The notes beneath the pieces were generated by a model. It ran no database searches. It was not told where the DNA came from and worked only from the letters and a program-made list of their open reading frames with translations. 52,428 bases of DNA from assembly GCA_026025075.1 (NCBI GenBank), contig JAPEUI010000110.1, positions 1 through 52,428 on the forward strand, written 5' to 3'. The position numbers and the translations under genes were made by a program. Position 1 is the first letter of the stretch, and each line of letters begins with the position of its first letter. Below are positions 38,453 through 50,601 of the stretch, in pieces. This DNA comes from Vezdaea acicularis. Its lineage: Eukaryota.

Positions 38453-40448
38453 ATGGCGCCGAAAGTGAGCCCTCCATTACTATGAATGCGAGACCTTTGC
38501 TGATTATCACCAGATGCACGTCGCGCCCTCCCTCGAGACCGCGCGGGAAGTCCTCGAGAGCTCCGCTGGTTTTGCAAAACCGCCAAATATCCTACCGCTA
38601 TGCACTTCAATCCCTGCGGACCTCCTCACACCCTCGTCGGCATATCTCAAGATCTCCGCTCAGTGAGTCATCAAAGACACATCTCACGGGGCTTAATCCG
38701 AGCAATGTAAATAACCCCAAGCACAGGGCAAAGTCGAGGCAGTCTTTTCTCTTCGAGAGTGCCGCCACTACAGAAACAATCGGCCGCTATAGCTTCATAG
38801 GCGCCGGTAAGCGCTCCCCTCCCTTGCTCTCTAGATGCTACTCTAACCCTCTGCAGACCCGCGCAAAGTCATCCAAACTGGCGCCCCACATGGCCCAGCC
38901 GTTGATCCCCTCCCCCTCCTCGAAGCCGAACTCTCCCAATATCGCGTCGCGCACGTCCCAGGCGTCCCTCTCCCTCCACTCACCGGCGGTGCAATCGGCT
39001 ACGTAGGCTACGACTGCGTCCGATACTTCGAGCCCAAAACGGCACGACCCCTGAAAGACGTCCTCGGCGTTCCAGAAAGCTTCTTTATGCTCTTCGACAC
39101 CATCGTAGCCTTCGACCACTTCTTCCAAAGCGTGCGCGTCATCACCTACCTCACCGTCCCAGCCTCCCTATCCGACCTACCTGCCGCCTACGCCTCAGCG
39201 CAACAGACCCTCTCACAAACAGTCGCCATCTTGACCTCCCCCTTGATCCCAACCCCACAACAACCGACGATCACACCCAACCAAGTCTACACGTCCAACA
39301 TCGGCCGCGACGGCTACGAAACACACGTCACCCGCCTAAAAGCCCACATCACCGCCGGCGACATCATCCAAGCGGTGCCCTCCCAGCGCTTCAGCCGCCC
39401 CACCACCCTCCACCCCTTCAACATCTACCGCACGCTGCGCAGCCTCAACCCATCCCCCTACCTCTTCTACATCGACGCCGGCACCTTCCAACTCGTCGGC
39501 GCCAGCCCCGAACTGCTCGTCAAAGCCGACTCCGGCCGGATAATCACGCACCCCATCGCCGGCACCGTCAAGCGCGGCCACACCCCCGACCAAGACGCCG
39601 CCCTCGCCGCCGAGCTGCGCGCCAGCCTCAAAGACCGCGCCGAACACGTCATGCTCGTCGACCTCGCCCGCAACGACATCAACCGCGTCTGCACCCCGCA
39701 CTCCACCCGCGTCGACCGCCTCATGCTCGTCCAGCGCTTCTCCCACGTCCAACACCTCGTCAGCCAGGTCTCTGGCGTGCTTCGCCCCGGCATGTCCCGC
39801 TTCGATGCCTTTCGTAGCGTCTTCCCCGCTGGTACCGTCAGTGGGGCGCCTAAGGTCCGCGCCATGGAGTTGATTGCCGAGCTGGAGCAAGAGAAGCGCG
39901 GTGTTTATGCGGGCGCGGTGGGGTACTTTGGGTATGGCAGCGTCAGGGCCGGAGAAGGGGAAAAGGCCGGCGAGGGCGTCGAAGTCGAGGGCGAGATGGA
40001 TACTTGTATCGCCCTCCGCACCATGCTGGTTAAAGACCAAGTTGCCTATCTACAAGCCGGTACATCCCCTTCTACCCCCTTTATTGCGTTTTATGAGAAT
40101 GGACTACCTTGCTAACGAATCTATGAACTGATTACAGGCGGCGGCATCGTCTTCGATTCAGACCCCTATGACGAGTGGCTCGAGACTATGAATAAGCTCG
40201 GCGCGAATATGCAGTGCATCGCCACGGCCGAGGAGCGCTATCTAGAGATCCAGGAGACTCCTACTACTACTACGAATGGGGACGCGGGGAAGAAGACTAA
40301 TGGCGAGCAGCGCCGTATGGAGATACAAGAGGCTATCGCTACAGCCGCGGAGACAGCGACGGAGAAGACTAATGGCGCCGCGGCGATGGTAGGGGGACAT
40401 GTGCCACCGGCTGGAGGGGCCGCGCATATTAATTTTGCGGCGGGATAA
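38453..40448 (+). CDS. TRP2: Anthranilate synthase component I, about 5 exons
   Basis: DLLTPSSAYLK, SFLFESAA, GRYSFIG, GDIIQAVPSQR, NPSPY, HPIAGT, AEHVMLVDLARND, FPAGTVSGAPKVRA and QAGGGIVFDS. Probable micro-exon MAPK at 38453. Confidence 0.95.
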
Positions 40449-40461
40449 GGGGGGGGGGGGG
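40449..40461 (+). repeat. Poly-G run (13 nt) directly after the TRP2 stop codon
   Basis: TAA at 40446-40448 followed by 13 G. Confidence 0.85.
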
Positions 40462-40876
40462 TACGTGAAGGCGTTTTGGCGAGGTTGATCCGGATGGCAT
40501 GGGGTAATAAAGCAATGAAAAAGCAGTATGAATAGATACGAGTTAGAGATGTAAGGGGCCTCATTGCATCCTGAAATAATTGCCTGAACTGTGCGTGGTC
40601 GTCGGCCGGGCCATGCTCGACTCTGTCACGATATGTGCGAATACACTCTGTACACAGAATGACCTGACGCTTTCATGATAGCACGAGCCCCCGCTTAGTC
40701 CAATTGATGGAGTTTTCGTGCGTCTCGTCCCGTCATGAGTGATTCGACATTCTCGAGTCACTCCCGGACAAGCATCGATCAACGGTCGTCGAAGGTCTGA
40801 TAGTAGTCCTTTCCAAGTAAATTTTTCTGGACGTGAAGTGAAGCCTCTAAGTACAGCTCCAGCAGTGCTTAGGCCC

Positions 40877-43296
40877 TCACGATAGACTCACGACGAAGCT
40901 TGGATCATTGGCCAGCTTCGTGCCAATACAAGCGGCAAACTCGGCGAAGATGTGCTTGATGCTTCCGACCTTGTCGATGCCACCGCTTGTCTCCCAGCTG
41001 ACGAGGCACTACGCTACAAAGTCAGTTATTGAAATCGACGAAATTTGACTCGGGCGAAAAGGGAAACGCGTGCACTTACGTCGGCAGTGACCAGGTGCGG
41101 CTTGACGAAGATAGGGGTATTGTCAAGATTGCATTGTTGTAAGACTTCACTCGGCATGAGGATGCCCGGCATTCCAGAGGTAAAGAGATCGCCCCCTTCA
41201 TCAGCATCGAGCTCTTCTTCATCGTCTCGGTCTTCGATTTTGTTGGTTGTGACATCCTGAGCGCCCTCCAAGTCACTTAAGGCTTCATCACTGGTGGTGG
41301 TTTCTCGAGGGAGGCCTGTGACAGCTTTGCTTTCAACATTCCGCCCCTTATCCCCCTCGATATTTTCTTCGACAGAGAGATTACGAGCCCCTTTCCTCTC
41401 TCTTGACAAGGAGACGTATCTGCGTCGATCGAGGCGATGTGTATATTCCGGCTCAAGGGGATCCCAATCGTACGTCTCTGGATCTGGAAGGAGGAAGTAT
41501 CAGAATTTTTCTCGGCTAGACCGCCAAAGGTGAAGCGTCGGGGTGTCGAGTCTCACCCAATACATTCTGTGGGGCATAAGATGCCTTGTATCTCATCTTG
41601 ACGCATGAATGAATGTAGTATCCTGGCCATGTCTTGCGTCAGTGTCTTCACGGAACCCATCAGCAAGGTCTCTCACCCATGTAGTAGTAGCGATAGTCAG
41701 ATTCTCCAGCAAAGCAAGCTTCTCGCAAAGCACCCAGCTTCCCAAACTGCCATTTGCTCAAGTCATCGTGGTAACTACGCAATGTCAGTGCCTGCCGGCG
41801 ATACGTGGGGGCACGAGACTGCCTTCTTGAGTTAGTCTAGGGAGTCCGAGCGTACATGAAATAGACACCGCTAACGCAGTGCGGCAGGAGGTCCAGTACA
41901 CCAATGGCGACCAGTCGATCATCCAAGTAATAACATTGGTGATATGACCCGAGCTTCTTCTCCTTGCCATTGGCAAGCGTCTGCGTTGATCGCGTCAAGG
42001 GCGAGTCGCAGAGGAAGTCTCGAAACCCAGCACGAGTGATGCGGGAAGGCGGCTCTTTATGGACTAGCCTCTGGTAGTTCTCGTAAAGTCGAAATCTGCG
42101 CGTTGAGGTAATGGGTCAGCGTCCATGAAGCGGGAGCTCTCGTGTGGTATCGGGGCGTTGGACTTGGGGGGGGGAAACGATGTCAAGGGAAGGGAGAGGC
42201 AGACTTGGATTCCGAAAATGTGTCGGGCTCGAGCTTGACCTCAAAGCCATGTTCCGGTTCGGGGGGAGTAGGAATATTGGGATATTCGCAGTCATGCACC
42301 GACTCCGAGAGGTCGAAATGGTTCTTTCGCTTTGCCTTTGCCCTGTGGTGCCACCGTCTGAGCGATTACGTCTTCGAAAGCGGCTTCTTCTGTCACTCAC
42401 TGTTTGCTTTTCGGGTGAAGCCTCGCCGATTCTCTGAGGCAAGTCTCGCCGAGCACGAACTTCTGCCATCGGTTCAATGTTTGTCTTTGATCTTTTGATG
42501 GCTTGAATTGAGTCGTATCCAAACTTTGCCACTCGTGAGTTAGTATCCAAGGGGTTGATGCTACAACATGTAGCTAAGCCTTATACGGACCGTATGGTGT
42601 AGTGCGGGCAGCAGGACTTGCGCAAATTCGGCTTGTATAGGGTCCTGCCGGAGCTGCAAGGGCCAAGAGACGTCAGCCCTACGGGAGCATTGTGCTTTGA
42701 CGGAGGTGCTAGATGAAGTTTTGCATGACACTGAACGAATGCACAAATTTAAAAACAAAAAAATTATATGCATACCGCCTCCATCCTCGGTCTACGAGAG
42801 TTTGATAATGCTCCGTCGACAAGAGAGAGGTAACGCAATAGTACGAAGCACCTGACCAACGTAAAGCGACAAATCAGCCAAAACGGAAAATAGACCCGCT
42901 CGTTGGTCCGCGATTGAGGGGTTTCAAAGCACGAAACGGCAGGTAAAGCGGGGAGAATGGCTGACTCGAGGATCGCTGTTTGCAATATCCGCAGGATGAA
43001 TATTGGTAGCCTAGGAAGAGTGGGAGCACGGTCAGCAGCAGTCGGCGGCAGCAGCAGCACTCGACGATGGGGGTTGGAGCTGCGTCGCGAACACGCACGA
43101 GAGCACGGTCCGTGAAGGGCAACGATGAGGTCGTGGCGCGAGCATGGAGAATGGGGGGATTGTCGGGATGCCCATTGAACGACATCCAGCCAATGCCGCA
43201 CGGGTGCCAATGGGCGGCGTCGACTGGCCGAGCGCCAGCGCAGGGGGAAGGGCCGCACTCACCGATGGGCTTGACTAGGGAGCTGGGAGCCTGCAT
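40877..43296 (-). CDS. ATE1: Arginyl-tRNA--protein transferase (N-degron pathway), 11 exons
   Basis: Hand splicing gives MQAPSSLVKPIGYQYSSCGYCK...[33 protein letters not shown]...YENYQRLVHKE...GFRDFLCDSPL...GSYHQCYYLDDRLVAIGVLDLLPHCVSGVYF...GKLGALRE...YYYMGYYIHSCVKMRYKASYAP...LDPETYDW. These match the ATE N- and C-domain motifs. Confidence 0.92.
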
Positions 43297-45543
43297 GGGC
43301 CCGCGCTGGATCGCCTGGCAGTAGGACGTGAGAGCTCGAGCGCTGCGAGTGTCGGACGACGACGACGACGGGGGACGAGGAATGGAAGCAAAGCCGATGG
43401 GGTCGATGGTGGGGGGAGTCGATGAGCTCGGCGGATTTGCAGATTTTAGCGTTAGATCAGGCTACGGGCGGGCTGATCGATAGCTGTCCGGACCATCGAG
43501 AGACGTTTGTTGTATCGAACGAATATCCAACATCCATGGATGAAGAGAAAGAGAGGGAGGGAGAGAGAGAGAGGCGGATGGAGCTTGGCGCGGGCCGAGG
43601 AGGGTTATAGCATCCCCAAGCCGACGTCACAAGCCGGCCGCATTTGCCCGTTGCTTCCCCCGCCGTGTCTGTCCCTCTCCTGCTTGGGCTAGAGATAGTC
43701 AAGACGTTGAAATGCGAGATGGCGCTGGCTCGGCGATCTCTGCGACCCGTTGGATGCGGCTTCTCCGATACCTCGCGGCTGAGGCGAGAGAATGAAGCCG
43801 GACGGACGGAGATGGAAGCTGTTGAGGCAGGGCGAGGTAGGGCAGCAGCGAGACTATCATCCTCGAACAGACCCCTGCGGGCGAGCCTACTCCGAGTCTA
43901 TTCCGAGTCTATTCCCAGGGATATTCCCAGTTACGTCCCTCCACGTCGAGATATCCGACGACGTTGAAGGTTGAGACTGCACATGGACCGGAGCGATTGG
44001 CGGTCGGAGCAGGGGGGCCCGCCAAGCCTTCCAGAGCAGTCGCTTCGGTGGCTCGCCCTAACCCTACGGCCTTTTCTCTTCACTTGCCACTGCATCTGCT
44101 CCACGGCCAACGACGGATCCACGCACGACGCAGCCCAGACCAGACGACTGAGCCGCATTACGCATCGCAATTATGCTCCATACCGTCGCGCCATGCACCG
44201 CGAGCGTGGGATCCTCCGGAAGATGCAGACGCAGTCGCAGATGCAGATACGCCGCTCACACCGGTTTGATACTGGCATCGGCAAAACCCCACGAGCCTCT
44301 CTCGCGCTTCGACGGCCTCAAACGCGGTACCCAGCCTCATTACGAACTGCTTCTGGGGGTGAATTCGCCCGTCCAGACCCAGGTTGAGCAGACGGAAAGG
44401 GGGGTGAGGGGTCCACGTCCCGGTCGATCACGGCAGCAAGAAAGCTGGGTTGACAGATACCGTATGCCACAATATATAGCGTGCGCTGTTGCATGGAGGA
44501 GACACTCCGTCTTGGCCAGCTGCTGCAACAAGCCATGACGCGCTTCGAACCTTACACTGGACAGGCCCCATCCCATATGTTTCCGGCTTCTTCTGCGCAT
44601 CGAAGGCTAGTGGAAGGCCAGCGGAAGCTTTCGCGGCAACCACAGGCCTGGCGTGAAACCCAATACACCAACCCCCCCGCGCACGCCGAGGGGCATCGGC
44701 CTCTCACGGTCACACCAGCCTGCCTGCTCGCGCCCACTCCCGGCGCCCGTGGAAAAAAGTAAACACTGATGGACCCCGTCGGCCTCCGTGGGCACGACAT
44801 TCAGTTGCATAAACAGCGTCATGTCCAAGCGCAGATCGAAGCGTTGCCGGCTGTGGAAGCAGAGGGCACGCAGAGGGCACGCAGAGACAAAGCCGATGCA
44901 CAAGGGACGCAGTAGGCCACCGCCGCGCCGGCTTAGGCGACGTCCTGGCACGGCCTTCCTCTCTGGCGCGCGACGAACTGCCCCGAGGCTGCTGTAGCCT
45001 GCCACTCGCCCTCGCGCGCTGACCGATGCCTTTTCGCGACTCGCCCACGCTTCGTCCGCACTACCACCCTTTTTTTCCCCATTCACACCTCTCGCCCACA
45101 CATCGTCCCCCCCATGAACTGCCGCCGTCATCTTGCGAGCAACCTGCCCCCAGCACCCCGCAACCCCACGATAAAATGTCTTCCCTTCCCCCTCCTCTAT
45201 CTGCTCTGCTCATCTTCCTTCTTCAGCCCCGTTTCCATCGGGACTGAAGAAGGATCTTCACCGCCTTGGGCCTCGCCATCCAGACGCCCCACCACGTCTC
45301 CACTCCCTCACTCAGCCTGCCCAACGTTCAAAGCTCCTGGAAACGGCCTTTGACCAGGTTACAACCAGAACCTGCCTTCCTAGAACCGCTCTTCACTGCA
45401 GATAGACACCCCATCGACGTATTTCTGAACCAGCAGCGTGAACGTGGCGAGCTCGTGTGCTCTTTTCTGCTTGGCGGGAGATCGCAGCATTGCTCCCCCT
45501 TCGGCAAACAGCCTTATATCCGAAACTTCCCCCAGTGCACACA

Positions 45544-46111
45544 ATGGCACAAACCCAGACGGCGGATCTGTCGATGGAAGCCCGAGTCGGACGAGCCAAC
45601 CAACGTAAGTTTCCGCTCCTTACTGCTCCCCGCCGACGCAACTCAATCATGGGGAACCTAAGCTAAAGTATATACATGTCCAGGCTACAGTGATCGCGGC
45701 GAAAGACTCGTCTCGGGCGTCGTTCCGGTCTCTCCAGACCGCTACTACGTCCTCGTCATCCAATCGACCCGTCGGGGAGGATGGGTGTTGCCCAAAGGCG
45801 GATGGGAGACGGACGAGGCCACTGCGGCCGACGCGGCGATGCGTGAAGCGTGGGAGGAAGCCGGGATTATCAGCCGCGTCACGCGCGATCTCGGCGCGAT
45901 CCCCGACATGCGGGCCTCGTCGCAGGTCACCAACCAAGCGCCGCGCGCGCTGTATCAGTTCTTCGAGGTGGCGGTGGAGAGGGAGGAGACGACCTGGCCC
46001 GAGGCCCACAAACGCAAGCGGCAATGGGTGACGTATCCCCAGGCCGTGCAGGCGCTGGCCGGCCGCCCCGAGCTGCTGGAGGCGCTCAACCGCAGCTCCG
46101 TCTTGCGGTGA
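45544..46111 (+). CDS. DDP1: Nudix hydrolase, diphosphoinositol polyphosphate phosphohydrolase (Ddp1/Aps1-like), 2 exons
   Basis: MEARVGRANQR|YSDRGERLVSGVVP...WVLPKGGWETDE...AAMREAWEEAG (Nudix box)...WPEAHKRKRQW. Intron 45605-45683. Confidence 0.88.
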
Positions 46112-47398
46112 CCTCGTGGTAACCTGGTGTTATGGCCGCCGCTACATAGGCTTTCACCGATCGCGGAGAAGCACATCGAGAGGATAACCGCTGCGTGGCA
46201 TCTTCTGCCCCTCCAAACGCGGCAGGGGAGCACGTGTCCCGGTCTTTTCTTCTTTCCGCGTTCGGCGCGAGCCTAGGGGTCAGGGATACCAGGTGCGGTG
46301 GACTTTTTCACGATCTAACTATATAAAATGGTTGCGGGTTTTCTCTTTTGCATTTTTTCTCTCCCCACAAGAGGGCTCAAAGCGGGAGAAAATCATTTTT
46401 CTTCCTTGCTCACGCATGAGACGGTCAACCCTTCTCCATGTCACTTTCTCCACCCCTGTGTTGATACACTCGGCCGGGCTGAAAACAAAATAAGTTCGAG
46501 CCACGGCTTGGCAATAGCATATCCGCCTCCCTCGTGATTTGCATCACCCACTGCACGCGCGGAAAAGAAAAGAATGTGAGAATACACCACCCCCCTTCTT
46601 CCATCCCTTCCTTCCTTCCTTCCCCGAATCTCCACCCTCCGAAACCCCCCACAACCCGATCATCAAGCCTTCCCACCCTCTCTCTCTCTCTCCCTTTTCC
46701 AGTCTCCCTCATAGCTTCAATCTCGCACGAAGAACGCCAGATATCTAAAACTTCCCACCTTCTCTCAATCCCACCACCTTCGGGGGGAGTTTTTCCATTC
46801 GGGCGGGAACCCCCTTTTTCCGCTAGGGCGCTTGGCCACGTTGTTTTCTGGCTTATGTTATCGTGTGGGGCGATACGTAACGGGGGTTTTGTTCGTTTTT
46901 TGGTGGGGTTTTAGGGTTTTCACCGTGGAGGTCTTTCGTGGGGGTGGGGTCTCGGTGTTAAGGGGGGGAGGGTGGTTGGGGATAGGGGGTGCGATGACCA
47001 ATGACAAGAAGGGGAAGGAACGAAGGGAAGGGGTAAGCTAGCAAGAGATCTTAAACCAGAAAAGAGGTATGAGTGAGTATGACAAGAAGTCAGTTTGACT
47101 ATGGGATAGAATTGAACCTAGAACTTTCTCCGGATTTTAACGGAGGCGGTAAGATATAGATACATGAAAAGGGGAGAGGAACGCCCTAGGCTAGTGCCCG
47201 TAGATATCAGAGCCATGGCTCGCCCAACTCGCTGGCTTGCCCTCCGTGGCCTGGTTCGAAGATTTAAAAAACAAGGAAAAGTAAACGCCTTCGCTATGCC
47301 GTGAATCCGGATTACCTCCTCCGTACATGTACTATCTAGATCGGAGCTCTTCCTCCTTTCTGAAGGGGAAACGAAAAGACAAGAAGAATAAGGGTGGC

Positions 47399-48223
47399 CT
47401 AGGACTCGTCCATGGCATCCACAGGCGGCCTCTCCGTCCGAATGGCACCGATGCTCTTCCCCTCGAGCGGACTGACTTCCACCTCCTCCACTCCGCCCGT
47501 CAGATCCTCGACCATCACCGCCGGCAGCGCGGGGCTATCCCCATGGTCACTTGGGTGGTACACGACTGTCGTGCTCCCGCTGCGGCCCCTCCCCATGCTC
47601 ATGCCCTCCAGATATGCCTTATCGCCGTCGCTATTCCGCGGCGTGGGCCCGTTGTCCTGCATATTGTTCTTCGCATGCAGCTTTGCGAGGGCGGAGGCGA
47701 GGTCGTCGGCGTGGACTTCCTTGTTGGGCGGGCCTTCGTTGCGCATTTCCCAGCCATGGGGCGGGGACGGGGGCGGGCTGATGAAGAAGAGTTTCTGGGA
47801 GTGGGGCGGTTCGAGGTGCTGGTCGCGGGGGGAGATGGGGGTGGGTTCGCCGAAGTAGATGCGGCATGCGTGGCCGAGGATCGGTTGACCGTCGAGGGCG
47901 GTGCGGATGGCGATGGCGGCTTCGGTGGTGTAGAAGGAGACGACGAGGCGGCGGAAAGATTTTAGGGGGGCGAAGGAGTGGATGGGGGCGTAGCTGTTGA
48001 TTTCTTGCCGGATAGTCGTCAGGTGTGCGGGGTGGAAAGTTTCGGGGTCGAGTAGGTTCGTGATGAGGAGGGTGTTGGAAGGAGGAGAGGGCATGATGAG
48101 GGGAGGGAGGTCGGAGAGGTCGAGCGAGAGGGGGGTGGTGGTGCGGGAGCGGGGAGAGGGTGAGGAGGAGCCGGAGCAGGAGCCTGAGGCAGGTGGCGAG
48201 TGCGTTGTTGCGTTTGTCGACAT
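47399..48223 (-). CDS. RCN1: Calcipressin (regulator of calcineurin)
   Basis: PSNTLLITNL, FAPLKSFRRLVVSF, signature KLFFISPPPSPPHGW, PAVMVED and C-terminal TERPPV. Confidence 0.92.
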   Translation of the reverse strand: MSTNATTHSPPASGSCSGSSSPSPRSRTTTPLSLDLSDLPPLIMPSPPSNTLLITNLLDPETFHPAHLTTIRQEINSYAPIHSFAPLKSFRRLVVSFYTTEAAIAIRTALDGQPILGHACRIYFGEPTPISPRDQHLEPPHSQKLFFISPPPSPPHGWEMRNEGPPNKEVHADDLASALAKLHAKNNMQDNGPTPRNSDGDKAYLEGMSMGRGRSGSTTVVYHPSDHGDSPALPAVMVEDLTGGVEEVEVSPLEGKSIGAIRTERPPVDAMDES

Positions 48224-49504
48224 TGTGGGTGGGCTTGCGAGCTGGACTTGCTCTTCAGATGATGGTTGGAGAAATTCGGAGGGAAAGAGAGTTGCGTTGT
48301 CCTCGTTGGCGATGTTGTCCTTGGATGGGAAGAGTTGATGGCGAGGGAAGCGGGCGTCTAGATATATCGTCAATGGCGGGAAAATCGAAAGTCTTGGGTG
48401 TGGGCGCAGCAGTGACGCGCTTTGGCCGTCCCGCGGCTGCCCCGGGACCTCAGGCACCGAAGGCCCCAGAAACGAGGACGGAAGGGCGGACTTCTGCGCC
48501 ACGTTTTCTTTGGCGAGGCCCGACGGGCTGCCGACCCCGACGGATCTGCTGGTCGGGACCTTCTCTTCCTTCATGCGATCTTGAGACACAGCCCTCAACC
48601 GGCAAACAAAATCAACACTGGTTCATTCAGGGGCCGTTCGTCTCGGTTTTGCCTCGGGCGCATTAAAGGGGGCGTGGTGGCCAAGGGAAGCTTGGGTTCT
48701 CTGGGCATCCTGGCGGTACATGTTTGGTGTGTGCTTGCTTGCTCCACGTAAGGTTAATGGGACACTACATGAACATGGCGCAGCGGATCCATTTGAGTTG
48801 AGGCCTAGTTCATATACCGTCGGGAGGTATCTTAGAGGCACATACTAACGGCTAAGCGCTAATATGCTCTAATGGACAACAAAGCTCGAGTCAGTGGCAT
48901 TTGCAGGCTCAGTCCATTTGCCCACTGTAAGGTCTCAACTGCCTTTGTATGATGCCGCAGCATGAGCTAGAATCTGACATTCCCCAGAGGTGCAGCTCCG
49001 TCCAAGCCATATCCACGCCATACCCAAGCCTTTGGCGCTATGAGAGAAAGGCAGTGCATCTTGAAAAGAATCCAAATGTATGAATTTGTGTATGAGGACA
49101 AGTGACGCCGGTGGCTTCTCGAAGTCTCGGGATCGGCACCGGAAAATCGAAGGACCGGCCCAACGCGCTTCCGACTTTGGCTTGGCAGGTTCGGCGGAGC
49201 TGGTCACATGATCTAAGTTCAAGCCACAGTTGTCAAGCCACAATGGTCAAGCCCCAAGCGACTCGTTCTTCATGATCGGCAAAAGCTCGAGTTCCGAATT
49301 TTTGGCCGCATTGTTCGCGCGTCCTAAGCCTCTCGACGCGCACTGTTCTTTCTAGTGCCCTCTTCAGAGAGCGACGACTGGACGTTTCTGTCAATTCTTT
49401 GTTCAGATCAGCCCGCCATCATCCACGAACTGCGTAGGCCTTTCAAAAGCAGAGGAGGCAAAGGCGCCGGAGCGTCTTCGCCTCAACTTTCATCTCTCTC
49501 CAAC

Positions 49505-50601
49505 ATGGACTACCCCGTAGCGATGGATACGGACATCGACGTCGGACCGCAGGTCAAGATAAGAGAGGTATGGCTTATACCTTCTGCCAAGATAGGCAGG
49601 CAAGTACTAATCCAGTCTCACAGGCTGCGCCTGACCGCGTTGACTTCACCCTCCAAGGCGTCGACCTTGCCTTTGCGAACTCGCTCCGCCGAACGATGCT
49701 CGCCGAAGTGCCCACCCTCGCCATCGACATCGTGACCGTCGAGGCCAACACCTCCGTGCTGGCCGACGAGTTCATCTGCCACAGACTAGGCCTCATCCCC
49801 CTGAACTCGATGGGCGTTGACAACCTCCAGTACAGTCGCGAATGCGAATGCGACGAGGAGTTCACCGAGGGTCACTGCCCGAACTGCAGCGTCACGCTCA
49901 CGCTATCCGCCAAGTGCACAGGCGACAATGGCATGACGGTATACGCGCGGGACCTCTTCGTGGAGGGCGAGCGGCGGCACGGCAACACGCTGGGAAACCC
50001 CGTGATCACGGACGAGGGGGGGGTGGGGGCCGTGATCTGCAAGCTGCGGAAGAACCAAGAAGTGCAGATGCAGTGCGTCGCGACGAAGGGGATCGCCAAG
50101 GAGCACGCCAAGTGGGCGCCGACGAGCGCCGTGGGCTTCGAGTACGACCCTCACAACAACCTCCGCCACACGGACTACTGGTACGAGATCGACCCGAAGA
50201 AGGAATGGCCCGTCTCGAAGAACGCGGCGTGGGAGCCCGCCATGGCCGACGACGCCCCCTTCAACCCGGACGCCGAACCCTCCATCTTCTACTTCGACGT
50301 CGAGTCCGTCGGCTCGCTCGAGCCCGACGCCATCCTGCACCAGGGCATCAAAGTGCTGCAGCAGAAGATGGCCCAGGTCATCCAGGAACTCGCTGGCGGC
50401 GATCCCAACGCTGGCTTGAATGGCATCAATGGCTTTGGTGATGGCGGAAATACTCCAGATGATATCAACGGCGGCGCCCGCGACTTCGATATGGATCCCG
50501 GTCTGACCAGCCCTTTGTACGGGAACGGAGGCGCGAGCACGTGGGGGGGAAATCAGACGCCGTTCGGTGCGACGCCGTATGGCTCGAATCCGTACGCGTA
50601 G
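49505..50601 (+). CDS. RPB3: RNA polymerase II subunit RPB3, 2 exons
   Basis: GPQVKIRE|A...DLAFANSLRRTMLAEVPTLAID...DEFICHRLGLIPL...CEC...CPNCSV...KGIAKEHAKW...FEYDP. Intron 49568-49623. Confidence 0.96.

Noticed and set aside
39336..40040. Long antisense ORFs over TRP2 (similar ones over RCN1 and RPB3)
   Set aside because: Shadow ORFs caused by strong GC3 codon bias in the sense genes.
46580..47040. Apparent long inverted repeat (CCCTTCCTTCC versus GGGGAAGGAA)
   Set aside because: The complementarity is low-complexity and explained by the skew switch. No MITE-like termini or target-site duplication were seen.
48224..48598. In-frame 117-codon N-terminal extension of calcipressin from ATG 48574
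   Set aside because: It spans a GC-rich promoter-like region and a pyrimidine-rich leader and does not resemble calcipressin, so it is probably a chance open frame. A TSS upstream of 48574 would reopen the question.
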